In this document: piece by piece, positions 1 through 7,611 of the stretch
Position numbering within the stretch: position 1 is the stretch's first letter
Layout of the letters: each line of letters opens with the position of its first letter
Virus record (IMG/VR): IMGVR_UViG_2802429220_000008
Span: 1 to 18,046 of that record
DNA from: a virus
Taxonomy: Duplodnaviria; Heunggongvirae; Uroviricota; Caudoviricetes
DNA length: 18,046 nucleotides
Strand: one strand, 5' to 3'
The notes under the pieces: generated by a model
Seen by the model: the letters and a program-made list of their open reading frames with translations, nothing else
The model's database searches: none
Told to the model about the DNA's origin: nothing
Translations under genes and position numbers: made by a program

Positions 1-415
1 ACAATTCCTGTGCGCTAATAACCATATCAACGGTGATGTTTTCACATGTGTCGAACTTAACCATGACAGCGTTCTGTACTTCAGGGGCCAGCTTGTCAAA
101 AGTGACGTTCATCGGATCTGATTCAGTCTCAACCGGGACAAAGGAAGCAGACTCCTCATCCCAGCGGTTTTCCTGCATATATTCAGCATCCCAGGAATCT
201 AGGGCAGGGCGGGGTATACCGGGTTTATCCTCGCAGACAAGAAATTTATAAGCGCAGTCCTGAGCAGCCGGATAATGTTCCAGGAATTGCCAGTGAAATT
301 TTGCGCGGGCGCGACGTTCATCACCGGCTTCAATGGCAGTGGCTACAGCGACGGCACCTTCTTCCTTTATTGCCTGTTCGTCCGGAATGGCGGCGCAAAT
401 AAAGACTTTACTCAT
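1..415 (-). CDS. Hypothetical acidic prophage early protein, partial (C-terminus lies beyond window start)
   Basis: Manual translation of minus strand from ATG at 415..413 (MSKVFICAAIPDEQAIKEEG...) stays open to position 1; GAGG about 11 nt upstream. Absent from the ORF track because it has no in-window stop. Confidence 0.55.
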   Translation of the reverse strand, partial: MSKVFICAAIPDEQAIKEEGAVAVATAIEAGDERRARAKFHWQFLEHYPAAQDCAYKFLVCEDKPGIPRPALDSWDAEYMQENRWDEESASFVPVETESDPMNVTFDKLAPEVQNAVMVKFDTCENITVDMVISAQEL

Positions 416-510
416 TTTGTTTTAACCTCATTACAGATTTCAGGGTGAACGAATCCCTGCCATTGCTGGCATTTTTAATCCGTTGGTATGGTGTTAATAT
501 GGCTGGAGGG

Positions 511-699
511 TTATCCAGCCGGTGTTTCGTTATTCAGGTACAGCGATACTTTTTTTAGCGGGAGGCATTCACCAGAAATTTTTTGCTCGTCTCTTGCCTG
601 GAGGCAGGATTCTTTACTTGCATAAATTCCGGTAATCACATTCTGTGATTCACCCGTTATAAGAAAAACCGTCATCATCAGTGCAAATGCTGAAGTCAT
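511..699 (-). CDS. Small protein with hydrophobic N-terminus, YdfD-like (Qin prophage lysis protein family)
   Basis: 62 aa MTSAFALMMTVFLITGE...EQKISGECLP...ETPAG; ATGA start/stop overlap with upstream dicB-like gene; resemblance to YdfD is from memory. Confidence 0.55.
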   Translation of the reverse strand: MTSAFALMMTVFLITGESQNVITGIYASKESCLQARDEQKISGECLPLKKVSLYLNNETPAG

Positions 700-884
700 T
701 GACGTTCTCCGAAAATACCAAGTTCAAGAAGAGCAATTCGGGAAAGTATGGAATTATCATTGAGCAGATAAGGCTCATATTTCCTCATATTAATGGCATC
801 TTCAGTAAACTCCCGGTTACTGAGCAGAACACCAATATCAAAACAACCTTCAGACGTATTAACGTTTGGTAATAACGTTTCCAT
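696..884 (-). CDS. dicB: DicB-like cell division inhibitor (MinC-dependent FtsZ-ring inhibitor)
   Basis: 62 aa METLLPNVNTSEGCFDIGV...FTEDAINMRK matches remembered DicB N-terminus (MKTLLPNVNTSEGCFEIGV...); GAGGA 8 nt upstream of ATG; same length as DicB. Confidence 0.75.
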   Translation of the reverse strand: METLLPNVNTSEGCFDIGVLLSNREFTEDAINMRKYEPYLLNDNSILSRIALLELGIFGERQ

Positions 885-1062
885 TATCGCGTCCTCAACA
901 ATGAATTTTGTGATGCAGTGCCTGGTGCCTCCAGGTGACGTTAACCAGTTAACAATTAACGCCGGATTAGTTGATGCTCGTTACGCCCGTAAAATACCGC
1001 CTTACTGCTTTAACTGTTCCGCGTGCGCATAGCCGCATTCACCGCATCACAAAATTCACTTT

Positions 1063-1110
1063 AAAAAGGGCGGATATCCGTTTCCGCCGAATCACCAGAA
1101 AAGTGATAAC
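1063..1110 (-). ncRNA. dicF: Candidate DicF-like sRNA ending at an intrinsic terminator about 180 nt upstream of dicB
   Basis: Minus strand reads ttttctggtgattcggcggaaacggatatccgcccttttt: 6-bp stem ggcgga/tccgcc, 8-nt loop, U-tract; the downstream stretch aaagtgaattttgtgatgcggtgaatgcgg matches my memory of the dicF-dicB spacer. 5' end not determinable from sequence. Confidence 0.35.
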
Positions 1111-1403
1111 AGAGGGCGTTGCAGCGGGGTTGTCACTTAAGCGTATGGTCAACCTGACAACCCGGTGTCCTCAGCGGGGAAGGAATAACCCCGCCATACT
1201 TACCGCCGCGCCATTTCGCGGATTGCCACAACCGGAAGCGCACGGTCGAATTAAATTTAACGACTACCTACAGAGAGACGAACTTCGCCGTGCGCTTTCG
1301 CGTTATGCCCTGACTTTTCAGGGATATATCCTTTTCAGTAAACTGTCAGTGCCGGATTCTTATCCGTGTCCGGCGCACGCACTCTACCTCACCTGTGAAT
1401 AAA

Positions 1404-1790
1404 TTAATGATTAATTGATATTTTGTTGTTTGATTCAACTTTCCCATCGGATGTGTGATGCTTTAAATCACAGGAATTAATACTGCTTGCTGTAAAATGA
1501 TTTTCAAGGGGAGCTATTCGAATCCCTTTCTTTTTCATTAACAAGCCAAATCCTTTATTAATGATGTCCATTAATTCCAGGAAGTATTTTTCATGTAAAT
1601 CCTGGTTATCAGAGAGCTGCTTCTCTTCGCACAGACCGATAAAGGCACGACGCACGTTACCGGATATAGTATCGATGGTTTCTTTTTCTACAGTACTCAG
1701 GTCAAGAGTCGCCAGTTGAGAGCGAACCACATTCGATGCCATTTCCTGGAATGGTACTGGTAAATCTTTAAATTCCATCGTCAACCTCAT
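1404..1790 (-). CDS. Hypothetical early-operon protein (possibly an intact YdfB/YdfC-like gene)
   Basis: 128-aa ORF with ATGA overlap to the upstream YdfA-like gene; position between ydfA-like and dicF-like elements as in the Qin dicB operon. Confidence 0.6.
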   Translation of the reverse strand: MRLTMEFKDLPVPFQEMASNVVRSQLATLDLSTVEKETIDTISGNVRRAFIGLCEEKQLSDNQDLHEKYFLELMDIINKGFGLLMKKKGIRIAPLENHFTASSINSCDLKHHTSDGKVESNNKISINH

Positions 1791-1942
1791 CAGTCAGTGT
1801 TTCTGGTTAACCAGCGACGCTCGCCAGCTTCAGTTTTAAACGTTTTGCTTCTGGTATACGTCATCGCGGTGAACGTACCGTCCTGGTTGGGGAACACACC
1901 ACATACCAGAGATTCGTTGTTGCCAAGATCGATAGTATCCAT
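1790..1942 (-). CDS. YdfA-like small protein (DUF1391-type)
   Basis: 50 aa MDTIDLGNNESLVCGVFPNQDGTFTAMTYTRSKTFKTEAGERRWLTRNTD; GAGG 5 nt upstream of internal ATG at 1942 (track ORF 1790..2020 starts further upstream without an RBS). Confidence 0.6.
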   Translation of the reverse strand: MDTIDLGNNESLVCGVFPNQDGTFTAMTYTRSKTFKTEAGERRWLTRNTD

Positions 1943-2118
1943 GCTGACCTCATTTCCCCTTAACGCCGGGGTAGCGGAACAAAAACCTGCTGCATAGTTA
2001 AAGTTGAACCCTGCCGTCATGTTCTTACGCCTCGGGCTGGCTACTTAACCCCTGACCACTGCCGGGTAACTCGAAGTATTTCCCTGCGTTCTGTGGGGCG
2101 TGGTGGGGTAGTGGAAAT

Positions 2119-2148
2119 AATCTACAATTAAAAACTGTTTTGTGTCAA
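2119..2148 (-). promoter_or_regulatory. Candidate leftward early promoter (PL-like) embedded in the operator palindrome
   Basis: On minus strand: -35 TTGACA (2148..2143), 18-bp spacer, -10 TAGATT (2124..2119); faces the ydfA-like/dicB operon. Confidence 0.4.
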
Positions 2149-2160
2149 CAGTTTTTAATT
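2126..2160. promoter_or_regulatory. Operator palindrome (OL-like): aattaaaaactgtt-ttgtgtc-aacagtttttaatt
   Basis: Perfect 14-bp inverted arms around a 7-bp centre; same half-site (AAAAACTGT-N9-ACAGTTTTT) as the palindrome at 3161-3195 on the other side of the repressor operon. Confidence 0.65.
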
Positions 2161-2171
2161 GTTGTATTGGG

Positions 2172-2197
2172 CAAAAAAACTCCCTCGAATGAGGGAG
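2172..2197 (-). terminator. Intrinsic terminator ending the repressor-antitoxin-toxin operon
   Basis: Stem ctccctc/gagggag with loop gaat; on the minus strand it is followed by a 7-8 nt U-tract; lies 18 bp past the toxin stop. Confidence 0.6.
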
Positions 2198-2214
2198 TGT
2201 GAAAATTGTTCAGT

Positions 2215-2502
2215 TCAGATAGGGAAGGGAAATTGTCGGCGGGCATGCACAATATTTGCAATTTCAATGCTTGAAGCTGCTACTCGGTACAAAACGATAT
2301 AATTAGGGTGAACCACAATTTCCCGCAAACCGGATACTCGATCACTTGGCGGATATAGATATGGATGCTCAGAGAGGGCTAAAACAGACGTTTCAATCCG
2401 TATTTTTAGTCTGCGTGCTGCAGGAATATTTTCCTTAGCAATATAGGCTACGATCTGACGCAAATCATCGCGAGCAGATGGTAGCCACAAAATGGGTAAC
2501 AT
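2215..2502 (-). CDS. parE: ParE/RelE-superfamily type II toxin (ParE-like)
   Basis: 95 aa with typical ParE features (LWLPSARDDL, GLREIVVHPNYIVLYRV, IANIVHARR); TAATG stop/start overlap with the upstream antitoxin gene. Confidence 0.85.
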   Translation of the reverse strand: MLPILWLPSARDDLRQIVAYIAKENIPAARRLKIRIETSVLALSEHPYLYPPSDRVSGLREIVVHPNYIVLYRVAASSIEIANIVHARRQFPFPI

Positions 2503-2693
2503 TACTCGCTCCTGTTAGTTACAGCAATTTGAGCAATAAGATTCTCCATTTCAGCCATTACCTCATCATGTGGAATTGAGGGACGAGGGTCAGCAAGGCT
2601 TGACGCCACTTTAGCGCGTAACCATTCGTTGTAACTGTTTTCTTGTTCGGTAGTTTCGAATTCTGAAACTATCGGAGAAAGGGCTGTACTCAT
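2502..2693 (-). CDS. Small antitoxin paired with ParE (PaaA-like, 63 aa)
   Basis: 63-aa acidic ORF immediately upstream of and overlapping the ParE toxin; size and context match PaaA-type antitoxins of the paaR-paaA-parE three-component modules (from memory). Confidence 0.75.
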   Translation of the reverse strand: MSTALSPIVSEFETTEQENSYNEWLRAKVASSLADPRPSIPHDEVMAEMENLIAQIAVTNRSE

Positions 2694-2720
2694 GGCATAA
2701 CTCCTCTTCTTGTACTGTGG

Positions 2721-3122
2721 TCACGCCCGGCGGCTTTTTTGTGCCGCCAACCACCGGGCAATGGTTTCTTCCATTGATTTTTTCTTGTCTTTGATTTCTT
2801 GAAGCATTTTTTCTTGGTCTTCCTCTGGAAACGCACTAAAAGCCTGGAGCAGTTCGCGTTGACGAGGACCAATTTTCATCGTGTCAGGGGTGAAAATTTG
2901 CTCCCCCTCTTCAGGAGGCAATAAAAACCAATGCAATGGATGCCCTGTAACCTCAACCAGTTTATCCAAACTTGAGGCTTTAGGTGTAGCCTTACCGCTG
3001 ACCCATTGTTGAACAGTTTGTTGTGTCACACCAATTCTACGGGCAAGCTCAGCCTGGCTCCATCCAGTTTCCTGAAGAAGCTTGCTGATTCTGTACATAG
3101 ATACTTCTAGGGCGTTCATCAT
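2721..3122 (-). CDS. Prophage repressor, HTH_XRE type without a LexA-like peptidase domain (DicA/PaaR-like)
   Basis: 133 aa; N-terminal HTH (ISKLLQETGWSQAELARRIGVTQQTVQQWVSG), C-terminal SPRQRELLQAFSAFPEEDQEKM similar in style to DicA; divergent from the cro-like gene; operators on both sides. Confidence 0.8.
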   Translation of the reverse strand: MMNALEVSMYRISKLLQETGWSQAELARRIGVTQQTVQQWVSGKATPKASSLDKLVEVTGHPLHWFLLPPEEGEQIFTPDTMKIGPRQRELLQAFSAFPEEDQEKMLQEIKDKKKSMEETIARWLAAQKSRRA

Positions 3123-3160
3123 TATTCAATTTTACAGGTAAATACTGTTAAAAGCATCAC

Positions 3161-3195
3161 AATAAAAAACTGTTGATTGTGTACAGTTTTTTATT
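3161..3195. promoter_or_regulatory. Operator palindrome (OR-like): aataaaaaactgt-tgattgtgt-acagttttttatt
   Basis: Perfect 13-bp inverted arms in the repressor/cro-like intergenic region; same half-site and spacing as 2126-2160; candidate -10 TATAGT at 3208-3213 just downstream. Confidence 0.65.
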
Positions 3196-3231
3196 GTAGG
3201 CTTTGCTTATAGTTTTTTAGAGGAGAGCAAA

Positions 3232-3504
3232 ATGCTAGATAGCACTCGCGAAAAAATTAGGCAGAAATACACTCAAGCTGAAATAGGTCGTTATATGGGG
3301 GTCGCTCAACAGACAGTTTGGCAATGGTTTAGCTTTGACGTTCCCCCAAAGCAGGTAATTCCGTTATGTCAGCTAATGAAGTGGGAAGTTACCCCGCATG
3401 AAATTCGCCCTGATATTTATCCTAACCCAACCGACGGTTTACCTGTTGGATTCAAGGTTAACACATCAAATGCACCGGAGTTGATTCATGAAAATCAAGC
3501 ATGA
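3232..3504 (+). CDS. Cro-like regulator, YdaS family
   Basis: 90 aa; HTH-like AEIGRYMGVAQQTVWQWF and the YdaS-type motif TPHEIRPDIYPNP; AGGAGAG RBS; divergent from repressor. Confidence 0.75.
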   Translation: MLDSTREKIRQKYTQAEIGRYMGVAQQTVWQWFSFDVPPKQVIPLCQLMKWEVTPHEIRPDIYPNPTDGLPVGFKVNTSNAPELIHENQA

Positions 3505-3913
3505 ACACATCCGCATGGCGATGAATGCCTGGGCGCGTCCTGATGGCGAAAAAGTTCCAGTAGCTGGAATAACCCAGGCTTATTTTGAGTTGGGTATGAC
3601 GTTTCCTGAACTGTATGACGACAGCCATCCGGAAGCCCTGTCTCGTAATACCCAGAAAATTTTCCGCTGGGTAGAAAAAGACACCCCTGATGCGGTTAAA
3701 AAAATTCAGGCGTTGTTACCGGCGATCGAAAAAGCAATGCCGCCTCCACTGGTGGCCCGAATGCGCAGCCACAGTTCGGAATATCACCGGGAGCTTGTCG
3801 AGCGACGGGAGCGCCTGGTGAAAGATATCGATGAGTTTGTTGCGGCAGCGATCGTGTTGTTCGATCAGATGAATCGTGGTGGTCCGGCGGGAAATGCCGT
3901 GGTGGCGCATTGA
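3488..3913 (+). CDS. YdaT-family protein (CII-like regulator / toxic when derepressed)
   Basis: 141 aa starting MKIKHEHI, which matches my memory of YdaT; follows the YdaS-like gene with a 17-nt overlap. Confidence 0.7.
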   Translation: MKIKHEHIRMAMNAWARPDGEKVPVAGITQAYFELGMTFPELYDDSHPEALSRNTQKIFRWVEKDTPDAVKKIQALLPAIEKAMPPPLVARMRSHSSEYHRELVERRERLVKDIDEFVAAAIVLFDQMNRGGPAGNAVVAH

Positions 3914-3933
3914 TAACGTGTTCTGGGGGGGGG

Positions 3934-4899
3934 ATGAAGCTCCTTTTTGCTGAACGTCCGCTGGTTATAAACACGCAGCTGGCGATGAAAATTGGTCTGA
4001 ACGAAGCCATCGTGTTGCAGCAGTTGCATTACTGGTTGAGAGATACCGGTTCCGGCATGGAATGTGATGGTGTTCGCTGGATTTATAACACAACAGAACA
4101 ATGGCTGGAGCAGTTCCCGTTCTGGTCAGAGTCAACGTTAAAACGCGCATTTGCAAGTCTGAAAACGCTGGGGCTTTTGCGTTGCGAAAAGCTCAATAAA
4201 TCAAAGCGTGATATGACTAATTTTTACACGATTAATTACGAGAGCGAGCTTTTAAATGGTGGCAAAGTGAGCGAATCCATCAGGTCAAAATGCGCTGCTC
4301 CATCAGGTCAGAATGACACGATGGAAGGGGCCAAAATGGCACGTTCCATTGGTTCAAAACGACTCAATGTCATCGGGTCAAAATGGCCTGATGATCTTAC
4401 AGAGAATACAACAGAGATTACTACAGAGAATAAAAACACTTCTCGTCCGGAAGCTTCGCAACCGGACCCGCAGACGGTTGAACAGGATTTTTTAACCCGA
4501 CACCCTGACGCGGTTGTGTTCAGTGCAAAAAAACGCCAGTGGGGCAACCAGGAAGATTTGGCGTGTGCGCAGTGGATCTGGGGACGAATCGTGAGTCTTT
4601 ACGAGCAGGCCGCCAGCGATGATGGCGAGATTTCGCGACCGAAAGAACCCAACTGGACCGCATGGGCCAACGACGTGCGCACAATGCGGATGCTGGATGG
4701 CAGAACTCACAGACAAATTTGTGAAATGTTTGGTCGGGCGCAGCGGGATCCATTCTGGGTAAAAAATATCATGAGTCCGTCAAAGCTTCGCGAAAAATGG
4801 GATGAACTGGTTATCCGCCTGGGGCGTTCGTCTGTACAGCGTTGCGTGAATCATATTTCTGAGCCGGATACCGAAATTCCGCCGGGGTTCAGGGGGTAA
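3934..4899 (+). CDS. Replication initiator (lambda O-like / YdaU-like) containing the origin
   Basis: N-terminal domain LVINTQLAMKIGLNEAIVLQQLHYWL; internal iteron array plus AT-rich tract; start chosen at ATG 3934 after a G-rich tract (track start 3910 is TTG). Confidence 0.75.
   Translation: MKLLFAERPLVINTQLAMKIGLNEAIVLQQLHYWLRDTGSGMECDGVRWIYNTTEQWLEQFPFWSESTLKRAFASLKTLGLLRCEKLNKSKRDMTNFYTINYESELLNGGKVSESIRSKCAAPSGQNDTMEGAKMARSIGSKRLNVIGSKWPDDLTENTTEITTENKNTSRPEASQPDPQTVEQDFLTRHPDAVVFSAKKRQWGNQEDLACAQWIWGRIVSLYEQAASDDGEISRPKEPNWTAWANDVRTMRMLDGRTHRQICEMFGRAQRDPFWVKNIMSPSKLREKWDELVIRLGRSSVQRCVNHISEPDTEIPPGFRG
4276..4386. repeat. Five iterons at 23-24 bp spacing (candidate replication origin inside the initiator gene)
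   Basis: Core ggtcaaaatg at 4283, ggtcagaatg at 4306, ggccaaaatg at 4329, gttcaaaacg at 4352, ggtcaaaatg at 4376, each preceded by tccatca-like; followed by AT-rich acagagaata repeats at about 4395-4440. Confidence 0.7.
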
Positions 4900-4905
4900 C
4901 GGGCC

Positions 4906-5652
4906 ATGAAAAATATCGCGACAGGTGGTGTTCTTGAGCGTATCCGTAAGCTGACCCCGCAGCATGTAATCGCGCCGTACCGGACAGTGGACGAGTGGCG
5001 CGAGTGGCAACTGGCAGAAGGGCGAAAACGTAGCGAGGAGATCAACCGCCAGAATCGCCAGTTGCGGGTGGAAAAAATCCTGAATCGTTCGGGCATCCAG
5101 CCTCTGCACAGCAAATGCTCGTTTGCGAATTATCAGGTGCAGAACGACGGGCAAAAACATGCGCTGAGCCAGGCAAAATCCATCGCTGACGAACTGATGA
5201 CAGGGTGCACGAATTTTGTGTTCAGCGGTAAGCCGGGTACCGGAAAGAACCACCTTGCAGCCGCCATTGGCAATCATCTTCTGGCGAAAGGTCGCAGCGT
5301 GATTGTGATAACGGTGGCTGATGTGATGCTGGCGTTACACAACAGCTACGACAACAAAAACTCAGGCGAAAAATTTTTACAGGGGTTGTGTGATGTTGAC
5401 CTGCTTGTCCTGGATGAAATCGGAATGCAGCGGGATACGCGCAACGAGCAGGTCACACTGAACCAGATAGTCGACCGCAGAACGGCTTCGATGCGTAGTG
5501 TCGGAATGCTGACGAACCTGAACCACGTAGCGATGAGTACGCTTCTTGGCGAGCGTGTGATGGACCGCATGGTCATGAACGGTGGTCGCTGGGTGAATTT
5601 TAACTGGGAGAGCTGGCGTTCGAATGTCAGACACCTGAGGGTTGTGAAGTAA
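4906..5652 (+). CDS. dnaC: DnaC-like helicase loader (IstB-like AAA+ ATPase)
   Basis: 248 aa; Walker A GKPGTGKNHLAAAIG, Walker B DLLVLDEIG; near-colinear with remembered E. coli DnaC (MKN..., RSGI.PLH..CSF.NY, GMLTN.N, LGERVMDRM). Confidence 0.9.
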   Translation: MKNIATGGVLERIRKLTPQHVIAPYRTVDEWREWQLAEGRKRSEEINRQNRQLRVEKILNRSGIQPLHSKCSFANYQVQNDGQKHALSQAKSIADELMTGCTNFVFSGKPGTGKNHLAAAIGNHLLAKGRSVIVITVADVMLALHNSYDNKNSGEKFLQGLCDVDLLVLDEIGMQRDTRNEQVTLNQIVDRRTASMRSVGMLTNLNHVAMSTLLGERVMDRMVMNGGRWVNFNWESWRSNVRHLRVVK

Positions 5653-5673
5653 TTTTGTCCGGAGGAAATTTTA

Positions 5674-6444
5674 ATGGAAACCGTTTTTGACGCACTGAAA
5701 GCAATGGGAAAAGCCACATCGGTAGAACTGGCCGCGCGACTTGATATCAGTCGTGAAGAGGTTCTCAACGAGCTGTGGGAACTCAAAAGAAATGGCGTCG
5801 TTGATAAAACTGGTCACACCTGGTTTCTGGCTGGCGAAGGTGAATCCCTGGTAACCGAAGAGCGGCCAGTAAAATCTGAAGCACAGGATATGCTGACCGG
5901 GGAGGTCGAACAAAAAGTTACCGCAGACATGATGATTGAGTTTATCGGTCAGGATGGGGCTAAAACGTGTGAGGAACTGGCGGGTAAGTTCGGCATCAGT
6001 ACTCGCAAGGTTGCTTCCACGCTGGCGGTGGTAACTGCAACGGGGCGGCTGGCACGCGTTAATCAGAGCGGTAAATTTCGTTACTGCATGCCGGGCGGTA
6101 ATTTACCAGCAGAGCCGAAAGCAGCATCGGTAACGGAAAATGATGGTAAGGCCTTTCCTCAGCCAGCAGGTGTTGCGTTACCAGTCCGGGAAGCCGCAAC
6201 ACAGGAAGAAATTAAAACAGAAACTGTGGCGGACATTGTGCAGCCGTTGCTATCGTTTACCGAAACGCAAGCAGATGAGCTGATTTTTCCGTCCCTGCGC
6301 AGGGCAAACCTGGCGCTGCGCAGGGCGAAAAGTGATGTTCAGAAGTGGGAGCGAGTCTGCGCCGCGCTGCGGGAGCTGAACAAGCACCGGGATATTGTTC
6401 GACAGATTACTGATTCTTCCCGCCGTGTTGTATCGGAAAAGTGA
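5674..6444 (+). CDS. Hypothetical prophage protein with two tandem winged-helix-like segments
   Basis: 256 aa; GGAGG RBS 8 nt upstream; two similar segments ([30 protein letters not shown] and [31 protein letters not shown]). Confidence 0.65.
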   Translation: METVFDALKAMGKATSVELAARLDISREEVLNELWELKRNGVVDKTGHTWFLAGEGESLVTEERPVKSEAQDMLTGEVEQKVTADMMIEFIGQDGAKTCEELAGKFGISTRKVASTLAVVTATGRLARVNQSGKFRYCMPGGNLPAEPKAASVTENDGKAFPQPAGVALPVREAATQEEIKTETVADIVQPLLSFTETQADELIFPSLRRANLALRRAKSDVQKWERVCAALRELNKHRDIVRQITDSSRRVVSEK

Positions 6445-6459
6445 TAGCCGGAGGCGCTT

Positions 6460-6855
6460 ATGGCGAAACCTTTTACACACGAACAGCGTGAAGAACTGAA
6501 GGCCCGAATTATCGGGCTGGTACGCAAAAATGAACGCATGACGATATCACAACTGGAGAGAGCGACGGGAGCAGGCTGGCATTCAGTCAGACGTTGCCTT
6601 GTGGATGTACTGGCTTGTGGCGATTTATACATGCCCGGTAAATACGGTGTTTTTACATCAGAACAGGTGTATCGCGTATGGCGTAAGGCAGCGGAGAAAG
6701 CAACCGACCAGACATTGATTCGAAAGTTACCAGACGGAGAAATACGCCGCTACGACAGACAACAGAACATAATCTGTGGCGAGTGCCGGAAGAGTGAAGT
6801 TATGCTGCGTGTACTGGCGTTCTATCAGGGCAATTTTCAGGAGGCGGTACTGTGA
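6460..6855 (+). CDS. Hypothetical prophage protein
   Basis: 131 aa; GGAGG RBS 6 nt upstream of ATG; ends in a 4-nt overlap with the next ORF. Confidence 0.6.
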   Translation: MAKPFTHEQREELKARIIGLVRKNERMTISQLERATGAGWHSVRRCLVDVLACGDLYMPGKYGVFTSEQVYRVWRKAAEKATDQTLIRKLPDGEIRRYDRQQNIICGECRKSEVMLRVLAFYQGNFQEAVL

Positions 6856-6911
6856 GTGAATTAGCTATCAGGCTTCAATTGTCGCTGGCATTCGCATCAA
6901 AGGAGAATGAG

Positions 6912-7496
6912 ATGATCACTTTTACAAAAGAGCAGTTAATCAGTCATGTTAGTGAAAATGTAAAGGCGATGAAATTTGCAGTAAAACAGACAGTATTCAA
7001 AAATTCTCTCGAGGCAATTGAGTTGGATTTAGCACTGGCCCTTGTTGCTCAGGCTTCGCTGGAAGCAGAGCCCGTGCTTTATATGAATCGATTTACCGGA
7101 AAGACATTCTCACTGGAAGAGCAACCCGGTGCTGATAAGGAACCGGAAATATACGTGCCGCTATATGCTGCCCCGCCAGACAGCGCCGCCATGCTTCAGG
7201 CTGGAAACTTTCGGGAAAATAAGGGTTCGTCAACCAATAATTTTCGGGAAATCTCGGAAACGTCAACCAACTATCCGGTAACTCCGGATGGTTGGATAAG
7301 CTGTAGTGAGCGAATGCCGGATGATGGTCAGCACGTAATTATTTTATGTGATGGCGCATTCGTTCTTTATGCGCAATATCGAGACGGTGAGTTTTTTGAT
7401 GTAGTCCGTAATGGTGATGAATTTTTCGAAACACAGAGCCGCAATGTAACCGACTGGATGCCGCTACCAGAACCGCCGCAGGAGGTGCGCCAATGA
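6912..7496 (+). CDS. DUF551-domain phage protein
   Basis: C-terminal DGWISCSERMPDDGQHVIILCDG...WMPLPEPP is DUF551-like; start placed at ATG 6912 after AAGGAG (track start 6852 is GTG without RBS). Confidence 0.65.
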   Translation: MITFTKEQLISHVSENVKAMKFAVKQTVFKNSLEAIELDLALALVAQASLEAEPVLYMNRFTGKTFSLEEQPGADKEPEIYVPLYAAPPDSAAMLQAGNFRENKGSSTNNFREISETSTNYPVTPDGWISCSERMPDDGQHVIILCDGAFVLYAQYRDGEFFDVVRNGDEFFETQSRNVTDWMPLPEPPQEVRQ

Positions 7497-7576
7497 TCTG
7501 GCCTGAAGCCTTTGCAATTACAGGCGTTGCTATAGCTATTGATTTTTTAGTATATGTTATTTGTCGGTGGGGGTAA
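7493..7576 (+). CDS. Small hydrophobic peptide (27 aa)
   Basis: MIWPEAFAITGVAIAIDFLVYVICRWG; GGAGGTG 5 nt upstream; ATGA overlap with the DUF551 gene stop. Below the track size cut-off. Confidence 0.45.
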   Translation: MIWPEAFAITGVAIAIDFLVYVICRWG

Positions 7577-7611
7577 AAACGTTCGCCGGGATTCACACCA
7601 AAGGAGGGAAT

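Noticed and set aside
33-251. 72-aa plus-strand ORF at the window start
   Set aside because: Lies entirely antisense to the long open minus-strand frame 1..415, which has an RBS and ATG; likely a shadow ORF.
681-1032. Plus-strand ORFs 681..872 and 793..1032
   Set aside because: Antisense to the dicB-like gene and its leader; no RBS; the minus-strand genes show translational coupling.
971-1402. 143-aa arginine-rich plus-strand ORF convergent with the leftward operon
   Set aside because: No RBS; the composition looks like a reverse-strand artefact; it overlaps the candidate DicF-like sRNA and its terminator, and the dicB-upstream region is non-coding in the Qin-type operon.
1797-1997. 66-aa plus-strand ORF
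   Set aside because: Antisense to the YdfA-like gene, which has a good RBS; shadow ORF.
2690-2872. 60-aa lysine/arginine-rich minus-strand ORF overlapping the repressor gene
   Set aside because: Alternative frame within the repressor coding region; low-complexity basic product; no independent start signals.
3696-4753. Several minus-strand ORFs (3696..4010, 3716..3910, 3865..4101, 3965..4156, 4308..4547, 4492..4716, 4520..4753)
   Set aside because: All lie antisense to the well-supported YdaT-like and replication initiator genes; Pro/Arg/Cys-rich shadow frames.
4780-5913. Minus-strand ORFs 4780..5277, 4851..5114, 5346..5786, 5377..5634, 5671..5913
   Set aside because: Antisense to the DnaC-like gene, whose Walker motifs confirm the plus-strand frame.
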